NCBI GenBank assembly: GCA_012295275.1
Contig: CM022665.1
Location: 30,690,001-30,754,000, forward strand
Length of the DNA: 64,000 nt
Reading direction: 5' to 3'
Origin: Chrysomallon squamiferum
Taxonomy: Eukaryota; Animalia; Mollusca
Within the stretch, counting starts at the first letter, position 1. Each line of letters begins with the position of its first letter. The position numbers and the translations under genes were made by a program. Positions 39,464-52,085 of the stretch are shown here, piece after piece. The notes under the pieces were generated by a model. It saw nothing but the letters and a program-made list of their open reading frames with translations. It was not told where the DNA came from and searched no databases.

Positions 39464-40957
39464 ATGGAAGTTCAGATGCCTACATTAGAGATAAAAGATT
39501 TGTCCACAACATTTGGGTTGGACATCACTGTTCCGAACGGTGGACTAGTAGCATCTGCAGCCAATCAAAGAGCTTATAAATCAGAATGCAAAAAGATCTA
39601 CGACGATTTTTTGCTGACAATGAGTAACTATTTCCATGAAGAAACCATAGTTAAGAAACAACTTCAGAAACTAAAGACACAGGACAAGGCTAACAATGCT
39701 GTTGTCTCGGGAAGAATATTCAGTGGTGCTGGATTGCGTAAAGGTGGTTTCATCACTCAGTTCAAGAGACCTAAGACTGTCCAAGGTCTGATGACTTCAA
39801 CTCCAGAATTTTGCCCAAGAAATGAAAGAGGATTGGATGGCTTTAAAAGTATACGTTCTGTGGGCACTGCGGCATCTTATGATGGTGTAATGGATCAGAA
39901 AGCTGATTACTCTTCCGACAGGAAGGTGAAGATGAACCAAGAGGCTTTTGTAAAATTGGGTTCAAATCCGATAGATGTCAAATTTCAAAATAAACAAGGA
40001 AAGTTTATTATGAAACCAGTTTCCAAGAAGAAAATTAAAAGTGCACCTGCCGTTGCTGGAGTCCCTGGTGTTCCTAGTGTGCCCGGACAAAAGCAAATTC
40101 AGACCCGTGAAAAACTGGCTTTAATACGACGTCGAACAAATTTCAAATCTCCGACGCTCTCCTCAGATTTGAAAATCAATAATATTGTAGCGATACAAAG
40201 ATCTCTGCAAGGCCTGCCTTCTAAAAGGATGACAGTGAAAGAAGTTATGAGTAAGGCTAACGAAAGGAAAGCCAGACTCTTCAGGGTTCAAATAGACGAA
40301 GAATCTCCATCTGAGAGGAATAAACGTATAAACATGATGGGCATGAAAGCAGCGAATAGATCGGTGGACGATGAACCAGATATGTATTACGATGAGTATG
40401 AGTACCAGGATGATGAAGAATCTTATAGTAGCTACAATCATGGCGGTATCAGGAAAGTAGAAATAAGAAACAGTTCAATTTACTCCCCTGGAACCACTGA
40501 TGTCCCTGACTGTTACATGGATGCAGGAGCACGGAGATATGATTCCTTACCCGCCACTAGTAGATCTGCAATAGAGATGGCGGTTGTTAGATTAGGCTTT
40601 CACGATCTTCCATACACTGTTCCTACAGCTGTTAATCAAAGATTGAGTCCAAGAGTCCTGTATATGGATCCCAACAGGCAGAAAGGAAAAACCTATCTTG
40701 CTTTCGATAAAAATACTGGCGTTGCAAATGTTAGCGCGCGAATGACCAGAGCCCCGCAAACAATTTCGGCAGGCCTTATGACACCTCGCCGTTCAAAGAT
40801 TCACAGCCATAGAGATTCAATAGCTTTTATCAAACAAGCACAAGATGATGATAGAGAAAGGGAAAAGAAATTAAATTGCTGGAGACAAAGGATGACTTTC
40901 GTTTCACTTAAACAAGGAAGTTTAGCTCATGTTCTTTCAGGCTCGACTCGACCGTGA
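39464..40957 (+). CDS. Uncharacterised single-exon-CDS protein, 497 aa, K/R/S-rich with an acidic Tyr-rich patch
   Basis: 1494-nt uninterrupted ORF, visibly higher GC than its flanks, AAAATGG start context; no domain recognised. Confidence 0.85.
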   Translation: MEVQMPTLEIKDLSTTFGLDITVPNGGLVASAANQRAYKSECKKIYDDFLLTMSNYFHEETIVKKQLQKLKTQDKANNAVVSGRIFSGAGLRKGGFITQFKRPKTVQGLMTSTPEFCPRNERGLDGFKSIRSVGTAASYDGVMDQKADYSSDRKVKMNQEAFVKLGSNPIDVKFQNKQGKFIMKPVSKKKIKSAPAVAGVPGVPSVPGQKQIQTREKLALIRRRTNFKSPTLSSDLKINNIVAIQRSLQGLPSKRMTVKEVMSKANERKARLFRVQIDEESPSERNKRINMMGMKAANRSVDDEPDMYYDEYEYQDDEESYSSYNHGGIRKVEIRNSSIYSPGTTDVPDCYMDAGARRYDSLPATSRSAIEMAVVRLGFHDLPYTVPTAVNQRLSPRVLYMDPNRQKGKTYLAFDKNTGVANVSARMTRAPQTISAGLMTPRRSKIHSHRDSIAFIKQAQDDDREREKKLNCWRQRMTFVSLKQGSLAHVLSGSTRP

Positions 40958-42530
40958 AAAACTGAGTGATTTTCTATATGTATATATATATACACACGAT
41001 GCAGAATATTTGTGTGTGTATTTCTGAACTAACACTGTTTCTTTGAATTGTTTTGAATCTGCAACACGGCTTAATCAGCTAAAATAACAAGAAATCATAG
41101 TCAAGTGACTTTTGATGTTTTTGTAAATTCTTGATGATTTTTAGTTGATAGTGAATACAAAATATAATTATTTGAGAAAAAACAGATATTGTTTTGATGA
41201 CACGATTGGTATCATTTGACACAAATATTCATTTGACTTCTGACTACGGCTATAATTTAACATTTAACTGAACAGATATATTATCTGCATAGTGTGTAAT
41301 TATTCCAGAGATAAAACTTTACATGAAAGAACGGTAACAATGAATAAAGCTAAAAAATCGCACTTTAAGAACAGACTTAGCGCGTATCTATGTATTGTAT
41401 TTTTCTCTAACATTTTGTTTAGAACTTTGAAAATCGTAAGGAGATTCTTAAATGAAATATAATTATTACTGAAAAGGGATTTAAAAAAAGAAAGAAAGAA
41501 AGAAAAGTAGAGTAAAACCGAAAAATCCGTTTAATAATATACAATGTGATCATATTTAACACTGATAAATATATTTAATGATAAATTCACTGACATAATT
41601 ATTCAGTCTATAAGCAGATTCATTCACGGTTAAAAGTACATGAGCTTTACCTGATCTTATAATTACATAACTATTTATTGTCTGTAGTCGAGATTAAACG
41701 TCGATCGGGTTAATAAGGTATTAAACTGATATGTACTGTACGCACTGAGTTTAACGGTATCTTTAATGCAAGACAAAACCAAGAACCATAGCTTCAGTTT
41801 CGTAACATTTGTAAACTCGATTCATGATGACTGCCTTTTTATAAAGAAAATAAATTCTGAATTTGAAATTAACTGACTTACATAAAACTATGGCGTTATG
41901 ATATAAAGTCTGCTTATATGATACGAGCGATGAATAGTCTAATTACATTTAGTATATTTCCTAAATATTCTTTATTTATAATATGACCTGTAAACGTATG
42001 TTATCACTGAAACATATTTTCTGTTTTCTGTTACAGATTCCTAATAGACTGAGAAATAATACATGCACAAGTTTCTTGTTTTGTTTTGTTTTTGTTGTCA
42101 GAAACGTATTCTAAAATGAACAATAACGAATGTTTTCATAATAATTTATATGAACCGTAGCTATCTGATTTGCTGAATTTGTGTTAGATCTGCAATAATA
42201 ACATTCATTCATAAAACAGAGATCGGTATACGAATTATCTTTCTTTTTATATTATACACTCAGTTTATGATAATGATACTGATATTGATACTTTTTTTTT
42301 TTCTTGCTGCAGCTGATGATGATTATGATGTTTGCCGAAATTCATCTTTATGCAAATTATATTCTTTATGTATTTACAATTAAAATATAATGTAATTAAC
42401 AACTGAATGTCGGTTTTTACTCAAGAGAATATTATTATTATCTATTGGAATATAAAACATCCAAAGCTGTACAATTTATTTTCTTTCTTTTTTTTTTTCC
42501 ATTTTTTTTTTTTAAATTCACACATGCTCG

Positions 42531-42532
<2 letters not shown>

Positions 42533-42578
<46 letters not shown>
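42533..42578. repeat. (TG)n microsatellite
   Basis: Pure TG run. Confidence 0.97.
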
Positions 42579-42579
<1 letters not shown>

Positions 42580-43791
42580 AGTCAGACAGACTGACAGAGA
42601 GAGAAAATTGTGAACTACTTTACAAAAAATGGCAGTAAATAATGTTACTTCCCTCAAGACATATCAAAGATATGCATGACAATTTATTTGCCATTAAAAG
42701 TACTAATGGAGTGTTTGCGTGTTGACGTTATTCATGTAGCCAGACTTTCCATTGTTCGAGTGCTGTTCTGACCTAATAACTTCAACTAAATTAAACCATA
42801 TATCAAGTAAACTGAATGTAACCATAATTAAAACCACAGTTCAAATACCTTAAGCCAGGAGAAATTAAGTCAACCGATATCGTCTGAACAAAGAAAAAAA
42901 ATCATTACAGTTTGCCTATTTTTATTCATTCAACGACACATCTTAAATGCCCAGATATATATCTCCTGTTTTGACATTTGGACCACGTTAACAGCTAATG
43001 TTGTTTTGTTTTTTTAATCAAATATCATTACATTCTTGGTGGAACACTTACGCGTTTCCTACATAACAACATGTCCCTTGAGAGATCATTCATAATATTT
43101 CAAGATGTTTATTATCTAATAAACACTTTAACTCTCGGCCTGAACTTAGCCTGTTGTAGATAACGTAAATAAGGCATACATACATTTTGAAGATGACAAA
43201 AAGGAACGTGCGCTTATGTGTGCTGGAAGTATTATTTTATTCTTCTTCAATTTTCTTTTAAAAGATATTTGATCTCTTTCTGGATGCAGTTAAACAGACT
43301 ATTTGCTACAAATTATACTGCTTGTAGCAAAACAAAGGTTTCTTACTGACATTTGTTTTCTGGCTTGATATATTTTGGATGAACTTGAAAACTTTTTTCA
43401 TACGTGTCAAAAAGCTGCTAACGATTTAATAATCTCTTCTGATTTTAATTACAATACGTGAAGTCTAACTTACTTCGGAAAATCGAAACACAAACAATGG
43501 AAAGAGTAATATTTATTTCTTGAATAGTTATTTCCTAGTGTCAAACAATGAATATCATCGCTGATAACAAAGATGTGGACTTTTAAAAAAATAACAGAAG
43601 CAATAAAGTCTTATTTTCAAAATAATATTTACAAGATGTAATATTTGATCTGTTTCACATAACAACTTGTTACCAAAGACAGATTAATATGTTGCTTACT
43701 TGTGACTTTAGAACATAACTACACACTTTACAATCGCTGATTCAACAGTTAGGAATGATAATGATTATTTTAATCCGACTTATAAACAAAA

Positions 43792-44865
43792 ATGTCAATA
43801 ACTACTTATAAACCGATGGCAACTAATAATCAGAGATTAGAAAATGTAAAAGCATCAAAGGATGTGGTTGGATTTGATGAAAATGGTAGTAAATCAAAAA
43901 CGTTCATCTTTAATGGAGATGACCTGTCCAGCGGTTTGGAAGTAATTAGCACTAGTGAAAGCAAAGGTACGTTAAAATCTAACAGTTTTTCATGTTCGCA
44001 GAAAAGTTCTACAAAACGTTATGTTTACATGCCAAGTCTGACCAGAAAACATCTAGGAGTTTTGTTGCCGCGAAGGAGTAACTTCAGTTGTCACGACAAA
44101 ACTCTGAGAGAAGCTGGGTACATGAGTGATGTGCTTAAAAGAAGGAATAATGAAAGAAACGAGCGCAGGAAGATGCGACAAATTAACCTTCTCGAAGAAA
44201 GTATTATCGGACACCAACATCTGAAAAATAAAGAAGTATCAGTGCCAAAAATTGTGGTATCGGAGTCTGATCAACCGTCCAGTGTTGTAATTAACTCTCT
44301 CTTCAAACCTTTGATACCTGCACGATGGCGAAAATCGTGCGAAGATCTGCATAAAGTTGAACATAAGGCTTTGACCGAGTATCTCAGATTTGTCAAGGAA
44401 AATACTAACGACTACCTGGAGTATGTGAGACGTAGGGAAAAATCTTCTGACAATATCCCTGTTTTAAATCTGATAAAGACGGGAAGGGTTTATCAAAAAG
44501 GTCATCATGGAGTTCCGTACGCTACTCCGACCGTCCATGCTTCCTACATTGTGAATCCTATGTTATTAAACAGAGATCCCATCGTAAATAAACTGATAAA
44601 TAAAGAGAGCAGCATTTCCAAACTGTCAGCTATAGATAAAGAAAAGGAAACAAAAACTGAATATGATGAACCGAAAACAGAATATGAAAAAGTGTTAGTC
44701 AAAGCAGAGAGATGGGCAAAAACTGTGTCAACGGCTCAGTTTCTGTGGGCACGACAGGACGCGCTGAAGGAGGTTGAGGAGGAAGATCTGGATGTCACTC
44801 AGTGGTGGCTAACCATGCAGAAATGTGGCTATATACGACTAGTCAGCACTCCGATTTCTAACTGA
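43792..44865 (+). CDS. Uncharacterised single-exon-CDS protein, 357 aa, with an aromatic-rich C-terminal motif (W..WW..KCGYIR)
   Basis: 1074-nt uninterrupted ORF, elevated GC, AAAAATG start context; no domain recognised. Confidence 0.85.
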   Translation: MSITTYKPMATNNQRLENVKASKDVVGFDENGSKSKTFIFNGDDLSSGLEVISTSESKGTLKSNSFSCSQKSSTKRYVYMPSLTRKHLGVLLPRRSNFSCHDKTLREAGYMSDVLKRRNNERNERRKMRQINLLEESIIGHQHLKNKEVSVPKIVVSESDQPSSVVINSLFKPLIPARWRKSCEDLHKVEHKALTEYLRFVKENTNDYLEYVRRREKSSDNIPVLNLIKTGRVYQKGHHGVPYATPTVHASYIVNPMLLNRDPIVNKLINKESSISKLSAIDKEKETKTEYDEPKTEYEKVLVKAERWAKTVSTAQFLWARQDALKEVEEEDLDVTQWWLTMQKCGYIRLVSTPISN

Positions 44866-45968
44866 ATGCAAACAATGTTTCATTTCAGAGCAAAGCGAAA
44901 AATGAGTAAGGATTTATCAATGTGAACAGTTAGAGAATTTGTTTAATTACTGATACCTTAGATATTATAAGGTTATGAATAATAAGGTTATGAATCAAAA
45001 ATGGATACCTTTTGAGCCATATAAAAAATAATAATAGTTAACGACAAGATAATTAATAACGTAACGTAATTTATTCTTCATTTTTCTTCTTTTCTTTTTT
45101 TTTAGGTTGCTGTCAATTAATATACATTATGGAATGTGAAGATTTGTAATCGTTCCCTCAAAACAGCTTTTATATTTAAATATCTTTTTTGAAGGTTTTT
45201 TATTTTATTTCTATTGAATCTAATACTTAGAATAAAATGTATTATGTCATTCCTTTTTTTGTTTGTTATTTTTTCTTAATCTTTGTGTATGGGTAAAAAG
45301 ATAACTTGCTGCTATAACAACACTAGGCTATTCCTATTAGTTAGCAATAAGGATCTTTTATATGCACCTTCTCACTGTGAAAAAATCACATACATACATA
45401 CATATACATACACATATATACGCATATACATATACATATATAGTAGTGTCTATAAGTTTACCAAAACGATCCAAGTTTGGATACCACTGTAATTCAGTTG
45501 ACCAAGAAAAGCTTTTAAAAGCTAACTGCATACACCCGTTTTGAAAGTCCTGCAAGTGCTGTTTCGTGTTATTATCAAGTACTTTATACCTTATAAATTC
45601 AGTATTTGTTTAACTTGCAATCCAGTGCAATAATAAATCAAATGGCTTGTAATATACAGGCCTCCATTTTGCAATAATCGTGTCATGATTGCTTTAACTA
45701 AAACACTGAGAAATACAACCGAAATATATAATTAAAAAAATAAATAAATTAAAAAAAAAGGCAAGAGTTCAGCTTAAAGTGGCATATGTACTAAATTTAT
45801 TTTCTATACGTCTAAATGAGTGTTTTATTTTTTCTTATGAACACCAAATGTTGCATATAATAAAAGCATTGTAATAATGTAGCAAAATGATGGTAATCAT
45901 GGAAACTGAGATTTTGTCTTTTTTTGAAACATTATTTCATACACTGAAAATGCTATTTGATGAAGATG

Positions 45969-45999
<31 letters not shown>

Positions 46000-47069
46000 T
46001 TTTTTACAGACATTCAATCTGGAAATATTAATAAATATACTCAGTCTAAATTGACTTTTATAACTGATCTTTTTTCATATAACATTACTTTTCTAAAAAA
46101 GGAAATATACTTTAAAATTAGCTGAACAGTCACATGGAAGAATTCAAAACGCATTTAGACAGGTGTATGAATCACCAATCAACAAACTAGGACAAATGCA
46201 GAATTTTGAAAATTAAAAAAACCCAGAAATAAAACTGGATAACCAATATCAGCCAAGTCAGGACTGTTCAATAGACCTTTGGTACAAGTATTTTTGGGAT
46301 CACACCTGGATTAGGGGCCCATATATTTAAGCTTCATTAGTTTCATAATATACCTGCCCTTGTCAGCTACAAATCAAAGCTGGCTACAGCGAGTATTTCA
46401 TCTGCTGATGTTTACTTCTGTGTATCTGAGAGTTTTGAAAATTTTAATTATATAAGATACAAGTTTAATAAATCATTTTAGTTTGAAAACTAATAACAAT
46501 AATCATTCTGTATTATGAATATATTTTATTATCTTTATTATTTTTATTATTCTGTGGCTTATTTCAGAAATGTTCATAAATTTATTCAAGTATTTTCTCA
46601 GTAAATACAGTGATATTAGTTTATGAACTCAAAACACCAATAATGACTGAGTCTCTAATACCAAGTGCAATGTAGATTTAACGTTAATGTTTGTAAAAAG
46701 AAAGAATTAATTTGTTCTAATCTTAATCTAGATATTGTATTATTAATCATTTCAGCAATTCAAATAATAATAATAATAATACGAACTGTACATACAAGCA
46801 TAAAATGCATTTAAACTCCAAAAGACATATTATTTATTTATATCTTTAAGGAGTTTATATTATTATTATTATTATTATAGTTGTTGTGGTTGATATTTTA
46901 TATTCCAGTCCAGTTAAAATGTGCAGGAGTAATTGAGGTGCTCGGCCAGAATTAGTTTAAAGTAAATTTATAGAGGCATGTAATTACATATATAACTCAG
47001 TGGGCAGGAGGAGAGAATGTTAAGCTTTTAGGAACAGTGACACTTTGGTGGATCAGTGAGCTAAGTTCT

Positions 47070-47250
47070 GTAATAAATAAATAAATAAATGAATAAATAA
47101 ATACACAAATAAATAGGTAAATAAGTTAATATGTGAATAAATAAATAGGTAAACAAACAAACAAACTATGCAATAAATAACTAAATAAGTCAATAAGTGA
47201 ATAAATAAGTAAGTAAACAAACAATCAAACAATGAAAGAAATAAATAAAG
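47070..47250. repeat. Degenerate (AAAT/AAAC)n microsatellite
   Basis: Interrupted AAAT tetranucleotide run. Confidence 0.9.
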
Positions 47251-47439
47251 TAAAATACAAGGAAACCCTATATTTTCATTTGATAGATGAGATTTTGATG
47301 GGTATTTTTTATTTTTTTATTTTTTATTTTAAAATTTTATTCTTCTTTCTTTCATCGCCTTATTACAAAAAGATGATACTGATAGGTTGCAGATTTAATA
47401 TTTTTCAACATACATTTTACTTGTCAAACATTTTAATTA

Positions 47440-48760
47440 TTATATTTTTTAACTCTTTGGTCTTTTGAGCTGTTAATTTATAACTCGTTAGATTTTCGAA
47501 TTATTATTTTTTTTAAAACTCATCGCATTTTCTGACTGTTGTACTTTTTAACTCCATATATTTTAAAAAATTATTAGTAATTTTCTCTTTAGAATTTTGA
47601 ACTATTGCAATATTACACTTTCCGTGCATTTAGATTTTATGACTGTTACTCTTTCTGGGTGACTCTTCAGAAATCTGAATTATCTGCACATCTTAAATCA
47701 TTAAACTTTTGAATTTTAACTGATTAGACCTGTGAATTGTTACATTCTCTTTAGATTTTTTAATTCTTACACTTTTTAACACATTAGACTTGTGAGTTGT
47801 TACATTTTGTTTAGATTGTTTGATTATTACACTTTTTAACTCATTAGACCTGTGAATAGTTACATTCTCTTTAGGTTTTTGAATTATTACTCTTTTTTAA
47901 TGCATTAGATGTGTGAGTTGATACATTTTGTTTAGATTTTTGAATTATTACACTTTTTTTTAACTCATTTGACTTGTGAGTTGTTACATTCTGTTTATAT
48001 TTTTTAATTTTTAGTTTTTAATGCATTAGACTTGTGAGTTGTTACATTTTGTTTAGATTTTTTAATTTTTAGTTTTTAATGCATTAGACTTGTGATTTGT
48101 TACATTTTGTTTAGATTTATAAATTATTATAGTTTTCAGCTCATCTGACTTGTGAGTTGTTACATTCTCTTTAGATTTTTAATCATTATATTTTTTAACT
48201 CATTTGACTTGTGAATTGTTACATTCACTTTAGATTTTTTTTTTTATTATACTTTTTAACTCATTTGACTTGTGAGTTGTCACATTCTGCTTACATTTTG
48301 GAATTATTACATTTTTTAACTTTTTTGTGAGTTTTTAATTTTGGAATTATTACATTTTTAACTCATTTGACTTGTGATTTTGTTATTACACTTTTTAACT
48401 TTTGACTTTGAGTTGTCACATTTATAAATTTTGGAATTATTAGTTTTTAACTCATCTGACTTTTGTTATTGTTTGACTTGTGATTCTCACATTCTGCTTA
48501 CATTTTGGAATTATTACACTTTTTAACTCATTTGACTTGTGAGTTGTCACATTCTGCTTACATTTTGGAATTATTACACTTTTTAACTCATTTGACTTGT
48601 GAGTTGTCACATTCTGCTTACATTTTTGAATTATTACACTTTTTAACTCATTTGACTTGTGAGTTGTCACATTCTGTTTAGATTTTTCAATTATTACACT
48701 TTTTAACTCATTTGACTTGTGAGTTGTCACATTCTGTTTAGATTTTTCAATTATTACAGT
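47440..48760. repeat. ~58-60-bp minisatellite, roughly 20 copies
   Basis: Unit GAGTTGTCACATTCTGCTTACATTTTGGAATTATTACACTTTTTAACTCATTTGACTTGT in exact 60-bp register at 48481-48760; progressively more degenerate leftwards. Confidence 0.96.
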
Positions 48761-49078
48761 TTAGTTATTACAAAATCCCTTCCCCCAGTCCAGTAGAGAA
48801 TTTATTTATATAGAAATATTTAATTTTGCCTTGAGTCCATGCCATTAATATAGGAAAAAAGTTTAATTTTAAGAACAATTTTTAAGATATTAAATTGTAA
48901 ATAAATCAAACTTCTTCTTTTTTTAATTCTGAAATTTTTAGTACTTTATTTTTCTTTTCTTTTTTGGAATTTAGAGCATGGGACAACTAGATCTGTGGCT
49001 CCGGCCAAGCTGCACCACTGTTTTCTAAATCATTAGAAATGTGAATTGTTGCATATTTTAACTGACTGTATAAAGAGT

Positions 49079-49101
49079 TATTATTATTATTATTATTATT
49101 T

Positions 49102-49152
<51 letters not shown>

Positions 49153-49215
49153 ATTTATTTATTTATTTAATTATTTATTATTTTTTGTTGTTGTTGTTGT
49201 TATTATTATTATTAT
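49079..49215. repeat. Compound (TTA)n/(TTG)n/(TTTA)n microsatellite
   Basis: Directly visible. Confidence 0.95.
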
Positions 49216-49924
49216 TTTAAACCAAAGAAATTTCTGTACAATAATCGTGTTTGAATAACTGGAATTTATTAGAGAAAAAGGATGGGCTTAAAAGCACTCA
49301 GCTGCAGTTAATGCTATACACGTAATGTCAATATTACCTACATAATCCGCCAGCCATCATAAAAACATTTTTACATAGATATTTACTGGTATTTAAAAAT
49401 GTATTTATTTTTAAACCACATTACAAAAAAGATAATTAGGCCAATAACCTGTAATTTTAAACAAGTCTTGTGTTTGTAACAGTCTAATGTAGAAATCAAA
49501 TATATAGTGCTATATCAAATTCACAGCTAAACCTCTGCAGCAGGGCGGCATCCCAATAAAATTGATTAGGTTAAATAGTACATAATATCCAGGATAATAA
49601 AAAAACCCTCATTTTATAAATAGTCAACAGAAATTCGAATCTTTTGTATTAGCCTAATCGATAATTACGAATTTACCTCTATAAAATATTTATTTGTAAC
49701 ATAAAATAACTAAATAAATAAATAAATTACTATGCTGCTAAAAGGTACATTATATAATAAAATTTCCTTTTGAAAGTTCCCGAGTGAAAAATTAACATAT
49801 TAACTATCAAGTTATATTTTTCTTTTGAGTTTTCTTTTTCTTTCCTTACTTTTCTTTTTAATTTAATTTTATTATTATTATTATCATTATTATTATTATT
49901 ATTATTATTTTTTTTTTTTTTTTT

Positions 49925-50420
49925 TGACACGGGTCATATTATGTATCGTCACTGTCCCGCCTAACAAATAATTGGCGTGCCTGTCGCATGGGGGCGCTGA
50001 TACAGGTATGCTTGAGGTGTGTGCGGCCATTGCTTATTCAAAGAGATTGCGATAGCTCTTCAAAGGTGATCTCGTTTCAAAAAAAAAAAAAAAAGAAGGT
50101 GTGTCGCACATACAGGTGTACCAGGACAGTGGCGGAAGCAAGCGAGGATTTATTGTTTTAAGAGTGGATCTTTTTGAGGTGAGTTGTCATACGGTTTGTG
50201 TTTTTGCAGGCGACGATAACGAGAAGCTGTGGTTGTCGTTAAATCTCGACAGTAACGTCAAATGTTTCTGCCAGTGGCAGTGGTGTGTCACTGACAGTGA
50301 CGTGCAGACGAGAATGGATGCAGTTCAGTGACTTGTATCGAATGACACGTTAATATTATTTATAGTTTAAAATAAACGTACAATTACATATAAAATAAAA
50401 GCACGTACTAAACTAACGCA
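49925..50420. promoter_or_regulatory. CpG/GC-rich promoter-like island, possibly with a non-coding first exon on +
   Basis: Abrupt CpG enrichment between CpG-depleted blocks; YY1-like CGGCCATT (50024-50031); ETS-like GCGGAAG (50132-50138); strong donor GAG|GTGAGT at 50178/50179. Confidence 0.55.
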
Positions 50421-52045
50421 CATAAATGCTAACAAAATAAATCTAAAGTGTCATTATAATATATGAAGATAAACGCATAAACAGAAGAACTGTATGACTC
50501 ATTGACTGGAGATCTATGCATATATACACCAGCACATCTAAACAGATACACATATCCATATTTAATTCACAAGTGATATGAAAGGTATAGGAAACTTCTT
50601 CTTTAAATGACTACAGTGATTTTAAAAAATAAATATCTTCAATTAGGATATAAACATGTAACAAGACACAGCACTGACTTTGCAGCATAATGATTATAGT
50701 TTACAAAAATACAAATTTAAAACACTGGTAGACTATTATAGTCTGTATTTGTAAATAGTATGATTAAACAATAAGGCCATGCACATTCCATCCAGAAATT
50801 ACTTAATGCTGTAATTAAGAGTTTTGGTGAGTTTTGTTTTCTTAATCTAGTGCTGGATAATAACAAAAGTAATATTCTGTGGAAAATGACAAGAGCTCTA
50901 TTTTCCTTCTATGGCAAAAGAAAACTGATGTGGTTATTTACTTAATTGTAAGTGTTGTATTTGTAATATCATTTAATTCTATATATATTTTTATTGACTT
51001 TAATAAACATTTTCTAACTGCTATCAGTTCTATAAAATCTATGTACATGCAAAATCTAGTATTTGTCTTTGTATTTAATTTTTTATGCTTCTCTTCTGTC
51101 AGAAAAATGCACACTAATGGAAATAATCGTCATCTCCATTTTCCCCTTTCTTAATCTGCATAATTTCTTTACCAAAGATACCGAGAAGGGCCACCCTCAA
51201 GATGTCATGTACATCTTACTCAAACTAACACTAAGCAGTTGGTGGTCTGTGACAGCTTTTAGATTTCGCACATCAATTCGGTCCAAGAGGCCAGTTAATG
51301 GACACTGGCTATCTGCAATAAGAACATCAATTACAACTTATCAAGAATCTTAAACTGGACACAGACTGATAGCTGTGATATAAAATGCATCCAGTTTCTT
51401 TTGCTTTATGATGTCCAGACTGTGTGACCTGATCTGGAGAAAGATAGATATGTGCATAGAAAGACCTAAGTGCTAGATTAAAATAGCACCTGCAATGGGT
51501 TTGTACCTGATAAATATTCATTATTTATTACAGTGTCATGTATGCAGGCACAAGCAAGCAGTGGGCCATTAAATCAATCATCTTTAAAAAATTAAAAAAT
51601 TAAAAACAAATTCCAAAGTAACTCATCTGAGTTACATAACTGTCCTGTATATATATGAATATTAAAACGAAAATGTTAAATATAAATTTTAAATATTTTT
51701 AATTTATAAAGGTCCTTGGACTTTTGCATTATTTATTAATTATCTTTGAATTTTAAAAAGTATGTTGTCTGAATATACATATAAATGTCACTGTCAGTAG
51801 CCACATATTAAATATTGTTAACATTAATTTATTGATTGCAAACACTAACCAAATCCTGTTCCCCATTACCTTGTGTGAATATAAATGTATCTGGCAAACA
51901 AACAACAATGCAGTGTGAACTGGTTGAACAAGATAGTCACCACGTTATCTTAGCACAGATGGAATGTACCATGATGAAATACATATAGAATATCCTCTTA
52001 CCTGTGTGGGGCACACCTGTAATTTGGTAGCCTGAATAATAATGA

Positions 52046-52085
<40 letters not shown>

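Noticed and set aside
40163-40441. 92-aa minus-strand ORF
   Set aside because: Antisense shadow inside the 497-aa ORF.
43050-43685. RFX X-box-like motifs upstream of the 357-aa ORF (GTTTCCTACATAACAAC, GTTTCACATAACAAC)
   Set aside because: Multiple mismatches to the consensus; not distinguishable from chance.
48452-48730. 92-aa ORF with 20-aa repeats
   Set aside because: Product of a 60-bp minisatellite; non-ATG start; older units are frameshifted.
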